Source of the DNA: Eledone cirrhosa
Lineage: Eukaryota
Direction of reading: 5' to 3'
Length of the DNA stretch: 64,000 bases
NCBI GenBank assembly: GCA_964016885.1
Contig: OZ024746.1
Location: 68,324,001 to 68,388,000 of the forward strand
A program made the position numbers and the translations under genes. The notes below the pieces were generated by a model, which had not been told where the DNA came from, did no database searches, and saw only the letters and a list, made by a program, of their open reading frames with translations. Below, piece by piece: positions 1 to 12,100 of this stretch. Positions within the stretch are counted from its first letter, which is position 1. Each line of letters starts with the position of its first letter.

Positions 1-382
1 TTAAATGTTAAAAGAATTTACTCTCTCTGATGAACGACTTTGCTTTGAAAGTTAATGTCCTTTATTTCCCAATACAGATATGAACTATTGGTGTTTGTGT
101 ACATTAAAGGAAAATAATATTTCAGCAAGTTGTATACCACACACTTATTTTAACAATGAACAATGCTAGTTTCATTGGAGCCAATGAGCTGATGCTTCAG
201 TTAATTTGTCTTCTATTACAGCTCCTGTATTTTCAATCATACAACCTCCTGCCTATCTCATTATGGTTCACCAAACATACCACACATACTGTGTCTCACT
301 TGGGTTACTTTCTTTCATGAACATCCTCAATTTTTCACAGTAAAATTAATTCAGTTTTAAATGTTCTGTTTAAACACATTTG

Positions 383-384
<2 letters not shown>

Positions 385-426
<42 letters not shown>
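385..426. repeat. (TAA)14 microsatellite, left flank of the R4/Dong-like element
   Basis: Perfect TAA run read directly from the sequence. Confidence 0.95.
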
Positions 427-428
<2 letters not shown>

Positions 429-2652
429 CTAACCAACTGGAAATCACCTGGCCCAGATGGTGTGCAGGGGTATTGGATTAAAAACATAACATCCCTCCAC
501 CCGAAACTGACAACCATGTTCAATGACTGCTTGATGTCAGGTGAGGTACCAGAGTGGTTGACAAAAGGTACCACAGTTCTGATAATGAAAGACCGAATCA
601 AGGGTAATGATGTTACCAACTATAGACCTATCACATGTCTGTCCGTAATGTGGAAACTGTTGACAAGCATTATGTCTGAGGAAATCTACCATCACCTCCA
701 CACAAACAACTTGTTACCGGACGAACAGAAAGGATGCCGAAAGAAGTCACATGGTACAAAGGACCAGTTACTTATTGATAAGATGGTAATGAGGAATTGC
801 AAGAGGAGACACATTGGTCTTGCCATGGGATGGATAGACTACAAAAAGGCATTTGACATGGTGCCTCATTCTTGGATCACCAAAAGCATGGAGATCTTCA
901 AGGTGGCAGATAACATCAGACAGTTGTTGGGCAAGAGTATGAAGTCCTGGGAAACAGAGTTAACATCAACTGGAGAATCCTTGGGAAGCGTGAAGATCAA
1001 GAGAGGTATCTTCCAGGGAGATAGTCTGTCCCCTCTGTTGTTTGTCCTTGCCCTGATGCCCCTGACCAGTGTACTGCGAAAAGTGAGAGCAGGATACAGG
1101 TTGGGAAAGGGAGGGCTTACCATCAATCACCTCCTCTTCATGGACGATCTTAAGCTCTTCGGGAAGAGTGAGAAGGAGTTGGATGTGCTTGTTGACACTG
1201 TCCGTATTTTCAGCAATGATATATGTATGCAATTTGGTATTAGTAAGTGTGGAGTCATTGTGATGAGGAGGGGTAAGTTGAGCAGAAGTAACGGAATCCA
1301 GATACCAACAGGTGAGATGATAAAGGAAATTGACTCTGAGGAAGGATACAAGTATTTGGGCATTCTGGAGGCTGATGACATCAAGAACAAAAAAATGAAG
1401 GAATTGATAAGAACTGAATACCTTTGGAGAGTAAGGAGCGTATTAAAGTCACATCTGAACAGTAGGAATGCCATAAGTGCAGTAAATTCCCGAGCTGTGT
1501 CTATTATTAAGTACAGTGCGGGAATTCTGAGATGGAATGTTGCTGAACAAAAAGAAATGGATAGGAAGACTAGGAAGCTATTGACTATCTACAATATGTT
1601 CCACAAGAGGAGTGATGTCGATAGACTCTACTTAAGGAGATCTGAATGTGGAAGAGGTCTTATCAGCATAGAGGACTGTGTTCAGATGGAGAAAAACAAC
1701 CTACACAAATACGTGACTGATAGCAAGGAGCCAATGCTCAGAACTGTACTGAAGGAGGGGACAATAGGCCAGGGGATGTCCAAGGAGGAAATAACATCAA
1801 GGAGAAAGAGCAGCCTTCAGTAAAAATCCCTTCATAGTACCTTCTTTGAGAAAACTGAATTTAGAGATCCACAGACATGGAACTGGTTGAAAAGAGGAGA
1901 CCTTAAAAAGGCTACAGAAGGAATGTTAATGGCTGCGCAGGAGCAGGCCCTCAAAACAAAGTGGTTGAAACACCACATTTACAAGGAGGAGGCTAGCTCA
2001 CTGTGCAGGATCTGTGGAGAGAGAGAGGAGACTGTGGCTCACATTGTATCCGAGTGTAAACACCTAGCCCAAACTCACTATAAGGGCTGGAGACATGATG
2101 TGATGGGCAGGGTGATACACTGGCACCTATGCAAAGTAAACAATTTACCACATTCTGAGAAGTGGTATGAGCATAAGCCAGAGGCGGTGATAGAAAACGA
2201 TCAGGTGAAGGTGCTGTGGGATTTTAGGATACAGACGGACAAGAAACTGGAACACAATAGACCTGACCTGGTGGTTTTGGACAAAGAAAAAAGATCGTGC
2301 CTGATTGTGGATGTGGCCTGCCCATTCGACACGAGAGTGCAAGAGAAGGAGATGGAGAAAATTAACCGATACCAGGACTTAAAGTGGGAGGTAAAAAGGA
2401 TTTGGAACTGCCGTGAAGTCAAAGTGATCCCGATTGTCATAGGCGCACTAGGGACTATCTCAAAAAGTTTCCAGGGATGGTTAAAGAAAATTGGCCCCTT
2501 CACGCTTTTTGGAACGCTTCAAAAGGCATGCTTGCTGGGAACAGCAAGAACCCTCCGATACGTCCTGAATATCTGAGGCTGCAGGTAGTGGCTTGATATT
2601 CATTTCAACAAACTTTCCAGTTAACTAACATCAATGACTGAGACTCAAAGAG
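427..2652 (+). mobile_element. R4/Dong-clade non-LTR retrotransposon (RT + restriction-like endonuclease), 5'-truncated, inserted in (TAA)n
   Basis: Starts abruptly at KLTNWKSPGPDG. RT motifs YRPITCL, WIDYKKAFD, GIFQGDSLSP, HLLFMDDLKL, YKYLG; CCHC knuckle CRICGEREETVAHIVSEC; RHD; RLE motif RPDLVV..VDVACP..EK..KY. Short 3' UTR followed by (TAA)n. Dong-type elements are known to target TAA repeats. Confidence 0.92.
462..2576 (+). pseudogene. RT-RLE ORF of the R4/Dong-like element, broken by one in-frame TAA at 1821-1823
   Basis: ORFs 462..1823 and 1887..2576 are in the same frame and the linker reads through (KSLHSTFFEK...TWNWL). Confidence 0.9.
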
Positions 2653-2704
2653 TAATAACAATAATAATAATAATAATAATAATAACAATAATAATAATAA
2701 TAAT
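2653..2704. repeat. (TAA)n with two CAA interruptions between the two LINE 3' ends
   Basis: Read directly from the sequence. Confidence 0.95.
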
Positions 2705-2949
2705 GTTTTCTTTATTAACCACAAGGGTTTACATAAAGTAGACATTAAGGACAGTACAGGACAATACAGGACGGTACAAATGGGCATTTCTGCGTGTAAA
2801 AAAAAACAGAGGTTGAAATAAAATAACAAAGAAAAATTCCCCAATAGGGGGGAGACTTCCGAGGGACATTTGTGGAGAAAGCCCATTAAAAGACCACAGT
2901 GGCCCTGACCACCAGGGCAAGTGCCCTCTCCCAGTTTTCCACCTTTAAT

Positions 2950-5900
2950 TTACAGACACATACTCAGAGAAAGCCCATTCATTCGGGCCATACTTGCTTC
3001 TCTCACTCATCTTTCAACAAAATGCTGGGAAGAGAGCACTTCCCTCTCTACCCTGATTTTCCTTTTCAAATGAAATTTGAAAAAGTTAATCAGGGCATCA
3101 CCGAAGAGGTAAGTGCTCGTCTTCAGCCCTTTCAAACGTGTCCACCATACTATCTCTTTCGCCATGGCCACCAGACAGATAAAAACTGCTTGCCCTTCCA
3201 GGCTAAAGGAATGGGGCGGGGCAATCCTCACGATGGACTCAGCTGATAGCCGGATCCGTCCTACACGTGACAGCAGGTGTTCGACATAAACCCACAAGTC
3301 AGCAATGCTCGGACACTGGACGAGTGCGTGCAGGACGGTTTCGTCGCCCTGCGCGCATCTCGGACATGCCCGGCTGACGGCGCCTCCATGCCTGTAGAGT
3401 TTATCCCGAACTGGCAAAGCTCCTTGGTAGCACTGCCAGGCCAGGGATTTCTGGAAGTTGTCCATAGGCCCCGGCCCGAAAGTCCTTCCGAAGAGATTGG
3501 CTAGTTGATTTTCGTCGACGCCTAGAGTTTCTCCAAGTACGTCGTCGCTCTTCCCCTCCACTAATCCCCTATAGAACGCCAAGGTGGAGTTTCCACCGAT
3601 CACATTGCCCGATTGGTCGAGGGCTGTGAGCGCCTGAAGACATTCCAGTCTCCAAGTGCTCCCTCTCTGTCTTCGCTTGACCCAGGACTGCAACTCCGTC
3701 AAGGAGACGAGCTGGGGAAAAACGTGTCTTGCAAACTGCGACCACACCTGATCACCGTCGAGGAAGAGGTGGAGATGTCGTAGCCTGAGCGCGTGTCTGC
3801 GCATCATCAGCCACGGCATGCCCAGCCCTCCACGTAGCGGGTGTTGACAGCAGATGGACCGCCTGACCATCGGAGCGCGTCCCTTCCACAAGAAGCGAAA
3901 GAGCAAACGCTCCAGCGTAGTCAGGCGGGGCTTAGGACAAGGTACGACGGTCAGGCGGTAGTAGATGACGGATGCGATGTACGCATTCGCCACCTCCGCT
4001 CGACCTTTCAGGGATAGCTTCCTCTCGGCCCATTTCTGGGTGAGAGAAGCCACCCTGCTCGTCACCTCGTCCCAGTTTTTGTCCGTCTGGAGGTCTGGAC
4101 CGAACCAGACCCCTAGCAATTTAACCGGTCCGTCCGTCCAGCGCCCGACGACGCTGTTGGACGGCATGGACCTGCCTCTCCAGGTGCCGAGCTGCAGGCC
4201 CACTGACTTTTCCTGGTTGATCATTGCTCCTGTCACCGCTTCGTATTCTCTTAGTGTAGTGCCGATCGCCTCGATGTGTTTGGCGTTCGGCACCACTACG
4301 GTGACATCGTCGGCATATGCTGACACGGATCTTCCGCATCCTAGTTCGCGCGGGACCCCCCTCAACGTTTCCAGTTTGTGCAGTAATGGCTCGAGAGTCA
4401 ATACGTACAATAGGGACGAGAGGGGACATCCTTGGCGGACCGAGCGCATGATGTTGAACGGTTCCGAAAGGTGACCGTTCACTCTCACTACAGAGCAGAT
4501 GTCGCTGTGCATGGCAGCGATCCAGCCTCTAAAGACGGGCCCAAAGCCAGCCGCCCTCAGGACTGCCGTTAGGTAACGATGGTCGACCCTATCGAAGGCT
4601 TTCGACTGATCTAAATTGATCAAAGAGCCACCCGTGCCAGGTTCCCTAGCTACCCTCTCTACGATGTATCGCATGAGGTGGAGGTTGTCGTGGATGGATC
4701 TGTCGGGAATGGCGCATGTCTGTGCCTCTCCCACCAGACCACCAACGACAAGCGCCAACCTCTTTGCTAGCACCTTGGCCAAAATCTTGAACTCTGTGTT
4801 TAGCAGAGTTATGGGCCTAAAATTATCTATGTTATCCCCCTTGTTCGGATCCTTTCTCAGCAGCGCCACCGCTCCTCGGCTCACAGAGCTGGGAATTCTT
4901 CCGTTCTGTTGCCAGTTGCAGTAGACGTCCGCCAAGAGGCCTCCGAACAAGTTTGGCATTTGTACGTAAAGTTCATAGGGCAGACCATCCAAACCAGGCG
5001 ATTTACCCCTTGTGCATCCCGTACTTCAGCGGTTGTTATCGGCTTTTCGCAACACTCCGCCTCAGTGGCCGAAAGCCGCGGCAGTCCGTCGAGGTAGACA
5101 CTAAAGTCCATCCCTCGATCAGGCTCGCCACTGCCCCCGAACAGTTGAGCGAAGTGTCGCTGAAAAGCTTCACACATTTGCCCGGGATTGAGTAGCATGC
5201 GCCCGTCGTGGTCCACCAAAGACCGGATCGTGGCTTTGTTGCCACGACGCGCCTCCGCCACTCGGGCCCATTGAACGGCTTTCGTCCCCTCGTGTCTGAG
5301 AGCACGCACCCTAGCTCTGACAACGCAGCCTTCGTGCTTTGCATTGAAGAAATGGTCAAGGGCCAATTTCGCCGCAAGTACGTCGGTCGCGATGCCTTTG
5401 CTAAGCGCCTCATCTAATTTTCTAACTAATTCTCCCTCTGCTCTATTTTTCTCTATTGCTAAAGTCTTACTAAACCTAATGGACTCTATTCTAATTGCTC
5501 TTTTCAGAGCAAACCACCACTTGTTGTTGACGATGGCCCCCATCAACGCCCGCTTAACTAGTTCACTAATCCGGTCTCTGTAGGCCTTGCGCGCTGGTAA
5601 GGACGCATTTAACTTCCAGTAGCCGGGTCCTCGTCTATGAAGCCTATCTAAGTCAAGCACACAGATCACGAATTTGTGGTCCGTGTAGCTGACTATCTTG
5701 AATTGTGGACAGCCTATGCTAGACCTATCTATTTCCCTACAAAATACTCTATCTAGATATGATCTGGATGACCCTATGCGATTTGTCCAAGTCCACATTG
5801 GTGCATTCGGGAAATCCATTCGGTACCTGTCAGACAGTTCAAAACGTCTGAGCAGGTTGGTGAGACTCTTGCACCCTCCTTCCCTATCCACTAATCCCAC

Positions 5901-6356
5901 ACAATCCCAGCGTGCATCTAAGATCCCGTTCCAGTCGCCCATTAACACTAAAGAGCGGGACGTTCCAAGAAAGGTCTCCAGACGCCGGAAGAAATCAGGC
6001 CGCCCTGCTCCTGTCGGGGCATAGACGGCCACTAACCTGAAAGCTTGCCCGTCTCCGCTGGTCACGTCCAGCACCACCAACTTACCTTCTGGGTCCATGA
6101 AGATGGCCCATATGGCAAGATCCAAACCTCTCCGAAAAAGCACAGCAACTCCTCCCCCCGATCGCGGACGGCTGGGAGATGCGTACACATCGTAGCCGCC
6201 GAAGATCGGTGCGAAAGCCTGTGCTTCGGAGATTCTGGTCTCGCTGATGGCCACTACATCTATGTTTAGTGACCTGAGGTCGTTGAGCAGGTGGCCCTGC
6301 TTCCATGACGACCCCAAGCCACGCGCATTTATGCTGCCTATTCTGAGTGAGGTCAT
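2950..6356 (-). pseudogene. ORF2 (APE endonuclease, reverse transcriptase, CCHC zinc finger); frameshift near 5010 and probable TGG>TGA at 3007-3009
   Basis: APE motifs SINARGL, ISET, VYAP, MGDWN, SYLDRVF, TDH. RT motifs FRPITLLN, LDQSKAFDRVDH, VRQGCPLS, SAYADD. C-terminal CPRC..ETVLHALVQC. Frames switch at EVRDA/GKSPGLDGLP; FVER* continues in frame to TAA at 2950. Confidence 0.9.
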
Positions 6357-6390
6357 GTTGAAAAGGAGTGGAAAAGATGGGAAAGACCAC

Positions 6391-8350
6391 TTACCTTACT
6401 TCTCGTAGGGGAAGGACGGCTTTTCCATCCTTTTCACTGCTTGTGGCCTCCTCAGGAAGGATGTCCTTATAAATCCTCCTGGAGAGTGCTTGTCGGAAGT
6501 CTCCGATGTCTTTGGGGAATTTTTGTTTTAGTGTCATGTACGTTTTCTGTGTGATGTGAGTGATTTGTATGTGTGGAGGTGGTGTGAATTTTGGAGTTGT
6601 TGTGTAGTTTTTTTCTGTGATGCTGGTGTTGTGTTGGATGTAGTGTAATAATTGCTTGTTGTTCAAATTTAATGCTGTGTAGTGTGTATCGTTTTGGTTG
6701 TTTTGTTTTGTTTGCGTTTGTTGTGGGTTTGTTTCTGTTTCGCATTTTGGTGACTTTTGTGGTGTAGGTGATGGTGGTGCTGGGGATAATGATGGTGATG
6801 GTGTTGGTGTTTGGGTTGATGGGGTTGGTGATGCTGGTGTGGATGGTGGCATATCTGTCCTAACTTTTTTGTTTCTTAGTTTATTTGTTTCCCTCTGTAT
6901 TTTGTTTTTGGAGGGGGAAGGAAGAGAATTTTTTCTTTTTTGGTTTCTTTTTTTTTTTCCGGATATCGTTTCCCACTCCTCGTCGTCACAATCTGTCTCC
7001 AGTTGTGATAGGCCGGGGAGTGGAAAATCCTCCACAGGCGTTAGTTTTGGTTGTGGTGTGGTGGATGGTGTAGGCGCTGGTGCTAGTTCTGAAGCGTTGG
7101 GTGGTGGTGGTGTTGGTTTTGCTGGTGATGGTAGTGGTGTTGGTTTTGCTACTGCTGCTGGGGTTGTTGCTGTTATAGTTGCTTCTGTTGTTGCTGCTAC
7201 AGTTGTTGCTGCCATCTCTGCTACTGGTGGTGTTGATCGTTGTGTCACTGGGGTGGGTAGGAGAGGTGGCCTCAACCTTTTAGCCTGAGGGCAGAAAGCC
7301 CTTAGGTGGGTTCCTTCACCACAAATGACACACCTAGGTCTTCTGCCCTCGACAATTACCGTGAGGTGGCTGCCGTCAGTGAGGTCTATTACCTCTGGGA
7401 TCTCCTCAATTCTTTTTTGGTCCGCTTGGATCAGGAGCTCCATCCCAGATCCGGACCAGTTTTCCTGCTTTTCTTTTGCTACTGCTATTATTTTCGTGTT
7501 GGCTTCGATGCCGGCGAGGACAGCCGCTATTAGCCAGGGAATTTCGATGGCCGGTGGAACGTGGGTCACCCTGATCTTTACGAGTCTCTGGCCACAATAG
7601 CTTGGGACGAGTGTGAGGTCGTCACTTTTTAATGGGGCCATGGAGTGTTCTCTAGCCTCCTCTGGTGTTTCAAAGAACACATCCACGGTTCCATACTTTT
7701 GCCCACGTCTGATGTGGGTTTTTCTTGCCCACACATGTCCCAAAGCTTTTGGGATTTGGGACTCGGATGCCCGTTCCACTCGGCGCGATTTTACATTTAT
7801 TGTTCTATACGACACGGTGCACAGGCGCCGATGCTCCATTTTATTAGGTGGGGGGGGTGAGGCTGACCCTGTACCCATCTTTCTTTACCATTTGTTTGGC
7901 ATTTTCTAAATCTTCTTGAGTTACCGTGAACGCTTCGAATTGTTTTGCTACGATGGCGAAACTGAGGGTCGGTTTTATAATGTCATTGTTGTTGTTGTTG
8001 CTATCGTTAATATTAATTTTATTTTCAGTTGTGGTGGTGGTGACGTCAGTCGTCTTTGGTGGGGAAGAGTCCATTTTGCTTGATTTCATTTCGATGTCAC
8101 GAGTTAATTTATTTTTTTCTTCTTTTGTTTCTGTTGTCGCGGTGGTGGTGGTGGTGGAGGGTTTAACACCTGCAGTCATTGGTAATGGCGGGAAATGAAT
8201 GTCTGCCTGAGACAAATTTAAAATATTGTTACTGCTTATATTTTTTTTTGTGTTGGCAAACGTAGTAACATTTACAATGGTGGTGTCGGTGTGAGGTGTT
8301 ATTTTGTGAGGAAGGCTTTCAGCTGCTTCGTGCAGAGGTGAAGTAGCCAT
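6391..8350 (-). pseudogene. ORF1 (gag-like nucleic-acid-binding protein) split by a one-base shift in a C8 run at about 7850-7857
   Basis: Removing one C joins ORF 7844..8350 to ORF 6391..7878. Contains SFAIVAK (like the SYAxV motif of Tx1 ORF1s), the knuckle CVICGEGTHLRAFC, Pro/Thr-rich and basic stretches. Confidence 0.8.
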
Positions 8351-8558
8351 TTTTTTTCAAAGAAATTTTTGATAATAATAAAAGTTAAAATTTTGGGCAC
8401 AAGGCCCCAATCTTTTTAGGTGTCCTTTTCGGAAAACAATGTATGTGTGCTTATAAACAGTTAACAATAAAATTTTCCATAAATGGCAATTTTTAAACAA
8501 ACGGAAATAACAAACCTTTGCGGAGCTCACGATAATACGATTTCCTACGTAGGTCGCC

Positions 8559-8606
<48 letters not shown>
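8559..8606. repeat. (AAT)n microsatellite at the 5' end of the Tx1-like LINE
   Basis: Read directly from the sequence. Confidence 0.95.
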
Positions 8607-8608
<2 letters not shown>

Positions 8609-9086
8609 TGATCACAGTCTTCTTTTCTTTTGTTATCATTTTCATGAAATTGTATCTCTTAGGGGTTGGGTGGTTGAAAGAATAGAAAGCACTATTTTTT
8701 TTATTTATTTAATAGCTGTCATATGCAGTAAGCAGAAAAGGAATTAATATTGGTGACATTTCTTCTGCAGTTGATGCTATTGTTGTAATTGGTGGAATAA
8801 CAGTGTTGCAATTTATAATTTTGGTGATTTTTGTATCTTTTAAATTCTTACAAAGCAGGTTAAATTTCTATTTTTTTGAATGCCATAATCATTTACTTCA
8901 ATATGTAAATATCTATAAAGCTATAAAGTTATGTTTAGGATTACGGGCTGTGTAGTCATGAAATCTTGCTATTGCCATGATTCAATCAACTTCGCATAAA
9001 CAACAGGACATTGGTCAACCTGGGTCAATTAAGGATACAGTGTGTAATAGGAATTAAATAGTAAAGTGGTAACTGTTTCACTAAAT

Positions 9087-9264
9087 CAGGGTTTCCCAAC
9101 TTGGTTGATATTGCCCACCAGTGGGTGAGCCATGAGCAACTGAACAGAATATGGTAGACAATTGGTGAATGATGTAGGACTGTGAGTATTAAGAAGTTAT
9201 TTCAGCATATGCTACCTGAAAACAAATAATCAAAGGAGATATGGAAAGAACATGTGTGTGTGTA

Positions 9265-9308
<44 letters not shown>

Positions 9309-9543
9309 CCCATGCTAGTGTGGAAGGTGGATGTTAAACAGTGATGATGATATATATACATATATATATACATATATATATACATATATAAAAATAAGAG
9401 GCTAAATAGGAATAACGAATCAGTAACAAACTTTTACCAAAGATTTCTGCTATGCTTTTGAATATTTACTAAACAGGTAGGTGGTGGAAAATTCTTTTTC
9501 GGGTGAAAGTGGGTGATGATGCAAAAAAGGTTGGGAACCCCTG
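9087..9543. mobile_element. Non-autonomous hAT (Charlie-like) MITE
   Basis: TIRs CAGGGTTTCCCAAC / GTTGGGAACCCCTG; 8-bp flanks CACTAAAT / CTCTAAAT (7/8 match, consistent with a TSD). Confidence 0.75.
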
Positions 9544-9559
9544 CTCTAAATGAAACTTA

Positions 9560-9800
9560 AGAGTCAGTCTGCTCCATGGTCCCAACCGACAGGATGGAGA
9601 AGACATTGCCGCAGAGTACGACGAGGGAGATGCACTGGAACAGCCACTCCACCTCATGGGGCTCACACCTGTGGGTAGCCAACTCCAATCTGATAACAGT
9701 GAGTAGGGATATGGCCCAGGGGCCAAGAATGCCAGAAGTCTCAACTGCAACAGGCAGAAAAAACAATTTGATGAATAGCAGGTTTGATCCCACTGTGTGA
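9560..9800 (-). mobile_element. 3' fragment of a CRE-like (RLE) non-LTR retrotransposon
   Basis: Translation FLPVAVETSGILGPWA...WLFQCISLVVLCGNVFSIL resembles the CRE C-terminus (P.A.ET.G..G...QR.S.A..RGN). A second copy lies at about 16.7 kb. Confidence 0.65.
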
Positions 9801-10137
9801 CACCCTGAGCAAAATGTGTATTCTAACCTCTGGTTAATCAATGAGTTGTGAGTGAAATTTGATAGATGACAACTGTGTGGAAGTTCATTTTATATATATT
9901 TCAGTAAGAAAGATTAATGATGTTGCATGAAATAAAATGGAGTGTGAGAGAGAGAGTATGTGTAGTTTGTTTGAAGCACTATTGTGAGATTTATAAGAGA
10001 CTATATGATTGAATATATAGAAGGTGTAATAAAACAGTTTGAAGAATATAGAGGGATGAAACAGGCAGTCACTGGGACAGAGTGTGTGTGTATGTGAGAG
10101 AGGGAGTGTGTGTGTGTATGTGAGAGAGTGTATGTGT

Positions 10138-10182
<45 letters not shown>

Positions 10183-11094
10183 AGAATGTGTGTGTACATC
10201 ATTCACCAATATAGACTTTAGTGACAAAACCAATAAACATGACATGACTACCCTATGGTATTGATTTACTCAAACAGTACAGACACTCCCGTGTTACATA
10301 TGCTGTCAGAAATGCTGTCACCCAGTGATTAGCCCATTGGAAATTTAGAACTAGTGCTGCTATTGCTTAAAAAAATGTCCAATATAAAATATATATATCA
10401 TATAACTAGAAAAAACTTCCTGTAATGCCAAAAGACATAAATATTTAAAATTGCTAAAACACTTATTTTTCTACTTTTACAAGAATGGTAAACATGATGT
10501 AAATATGTGCAGTTATAGTTGTTTGACTAAGAATGTTGATTCATAATTATATGGCTTCAGGTATGGAGCCATAAGCATGGGACCTTGAGCCAGTGCTGGA
10601 ACATATATAATCAAGATATGAGCCTCTGGTTCATCTGAGAGATCAGCAGCTCTGATTAAGTACTGACTGAGTTTGTGATGAACTGCTCAATCCATTCCAG
10701 CATGGGTGAATGGATATTAAATGAGAATGATGATGATGATAAAGAATATATCCCACAGCTCAGCAGATGTGTGTGCAAAGAAACAGGGAGTAAAATACTT
10801 CACTTAAAAACAACTTAGATTGACCCACAAAAGACATCCAGTCATAGAATACTGTCTTATCTAACCCATGGATGTTAAATAATAATGATGATAATGATGA
10901 AAAAAAATAGAAATCTCACAACTTAGCATGTGCGTTCAAAAACCCATGAAATAAAGTACTGAATGAAGTATTTAGTGGTTAGAGAATTGGATTCACAATC
11001 ATGAGGTAGCTAGATTCACAGACTGGGCAGCACATTATGTCTTTTAGCCAAATACTTTATTTCTTGTTGCTCTTTCTGCCAGGAGCTGTGACAG

Positions 11095-11097
<3 letters not shown>

Positions 11098-11126
<29 letters not shown>

Positions 11127-11697
11127 AAGAAGAAGAAGAAGAAGAAGAAGAAGAAGAAGGCAAAGAAGAAGAAGAAGAAGAAGAAGGCAAAGAAGAAGAA
11201 GAAGAAGAAGAAGAAGAAGAAGAAGAAGAAGAAGAAGAAGAAGAAGAAGAAGAAGAAGGCAAAGAAGAAGAAGAAGAAGAAGAAGAAGAAGAAGAAGAAG
11301 AAGAAGAAGAAGGCGAAGAAGAAGAAGAAGAAGAAGAAGAAGAAGAAGAAGAAGAAGAAGAAGAAGAAGAAGAAGAAGAAGGCAAAGAAGAAGAAGAAGA
11401 AGAAGAAGAAGAAGAAGAAGAAGGCAAAGAAGAAGGAGAAGAAGAAGAAGAAGAAGAAGAAGAAGGCAAAGAAGAAGGAGAAGGAGAAGAAGAAGAAGAA
11501 GAAGAAGAAGAAGAAGAAGAAGAAGAAGAAGCAGAAGAAGAAGGCAAAGAAGAAGAAGAAGAAGAAGAAGAAGAAGAAGAAGAAGAAGAAGAAGGCAAAG
11601 AAGAAGAAGAAGGCAAAAAAGAAGAAGAAGAAGGCAAAGAAGAAGAAGCAGAAGAAGAAGAAGAAGAAGAAGAAGAAGAAGAAGAAGAAGAAGAAGA
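11098..11697. repeat. About 600-bp (GAA)n tract with recurrent GGCAAA interruptions
   Basis: Read directly; source of the poly-K/L/S/F ORFs. Confidence 0.97.
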
Positions 11698-11861
11698 TAT
11701 CCCACAGCTCAGCAGCTGTCTGTACAAAGATTAGATTAAAACAACTAAGATTAAAACAACTGAGATTAAAACAACTGAGATAGAACCACAAAAGAAATCC
11801 AGTCATAAAATGCTACCTTAGCCAACACCCACACCAGCACGGAAGAATGGACATTAAATAA

Positions 11862-12100
11862 TAATTGATTCTACTTTTGGCACAAAGCCAGCAATTATCC
11901 CAGTGCATTACCCCATAAGGATGAAAGGCAAAGTTAACCTTGGGGAGATATGAAGTCAGATCGTAAACGGCCGTTAATGGATCGTAAATGGATGTTAAGT
12001 AATAATAATTGTTTCTACTTTTGGCACAAGGCCAGCAATCACCCAGTGTATTACTGGTACTTTATTTTATCAACCCCGTAAGGATGAAAGGCAAAGTTAA
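11862..12100 (-). mobile_element. Two partial copies of tRNA-derived SINE family A
   Basis: Match the family 3' part TTTCTACTTTTGGCACAAGGCCAGCAAT...GGATGAAAGGCAAAGTTAAC. Confidence 0.75.

Larger units (their letters stand above)
2705..8558 (-). mobile_element. L1/Tx1-clade LINE, apparently full length (about 5.85 kb), flanked on both sides by (TTA)n
   Basis: 5' UTR, ORF1 with CX2CX4HX4C knuckle, 34-nt spacer, ORF2 with APE, RT and CCHC domains, 3' UTR with AATAAA at 2711-2716 (-), then directly (ATT)n. Confidence 0.92.

Noticed and set aside
20-90. CTGATGA...GAAAG near the window start as a hammerhead
   Set aside because: Could not form convincing stems I-III; at most a decayed remnant.
3277-7909. 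Plus-strand and alternative-frame ORFs overlapping the Tx1 element
   Set aside because: Antisense shadows of GC-rich or low-complexity coding sequence, with no recognisable motifs.
11055-11102. Apparent 12-nt microexon: polypyrimidine-CAG|GAGCTGTGACAG|GTAAGA on +
   Set aside because: The acceptor lies in a decayed SINE B body and the donor is formed by the start of the GAA run; there is no supporting neighbouring exon.
11016-11806. Long poly-Lys/Leu/Ser/Phe ORFs
   Set aside because: Pure translations of the (GAA)n tract.
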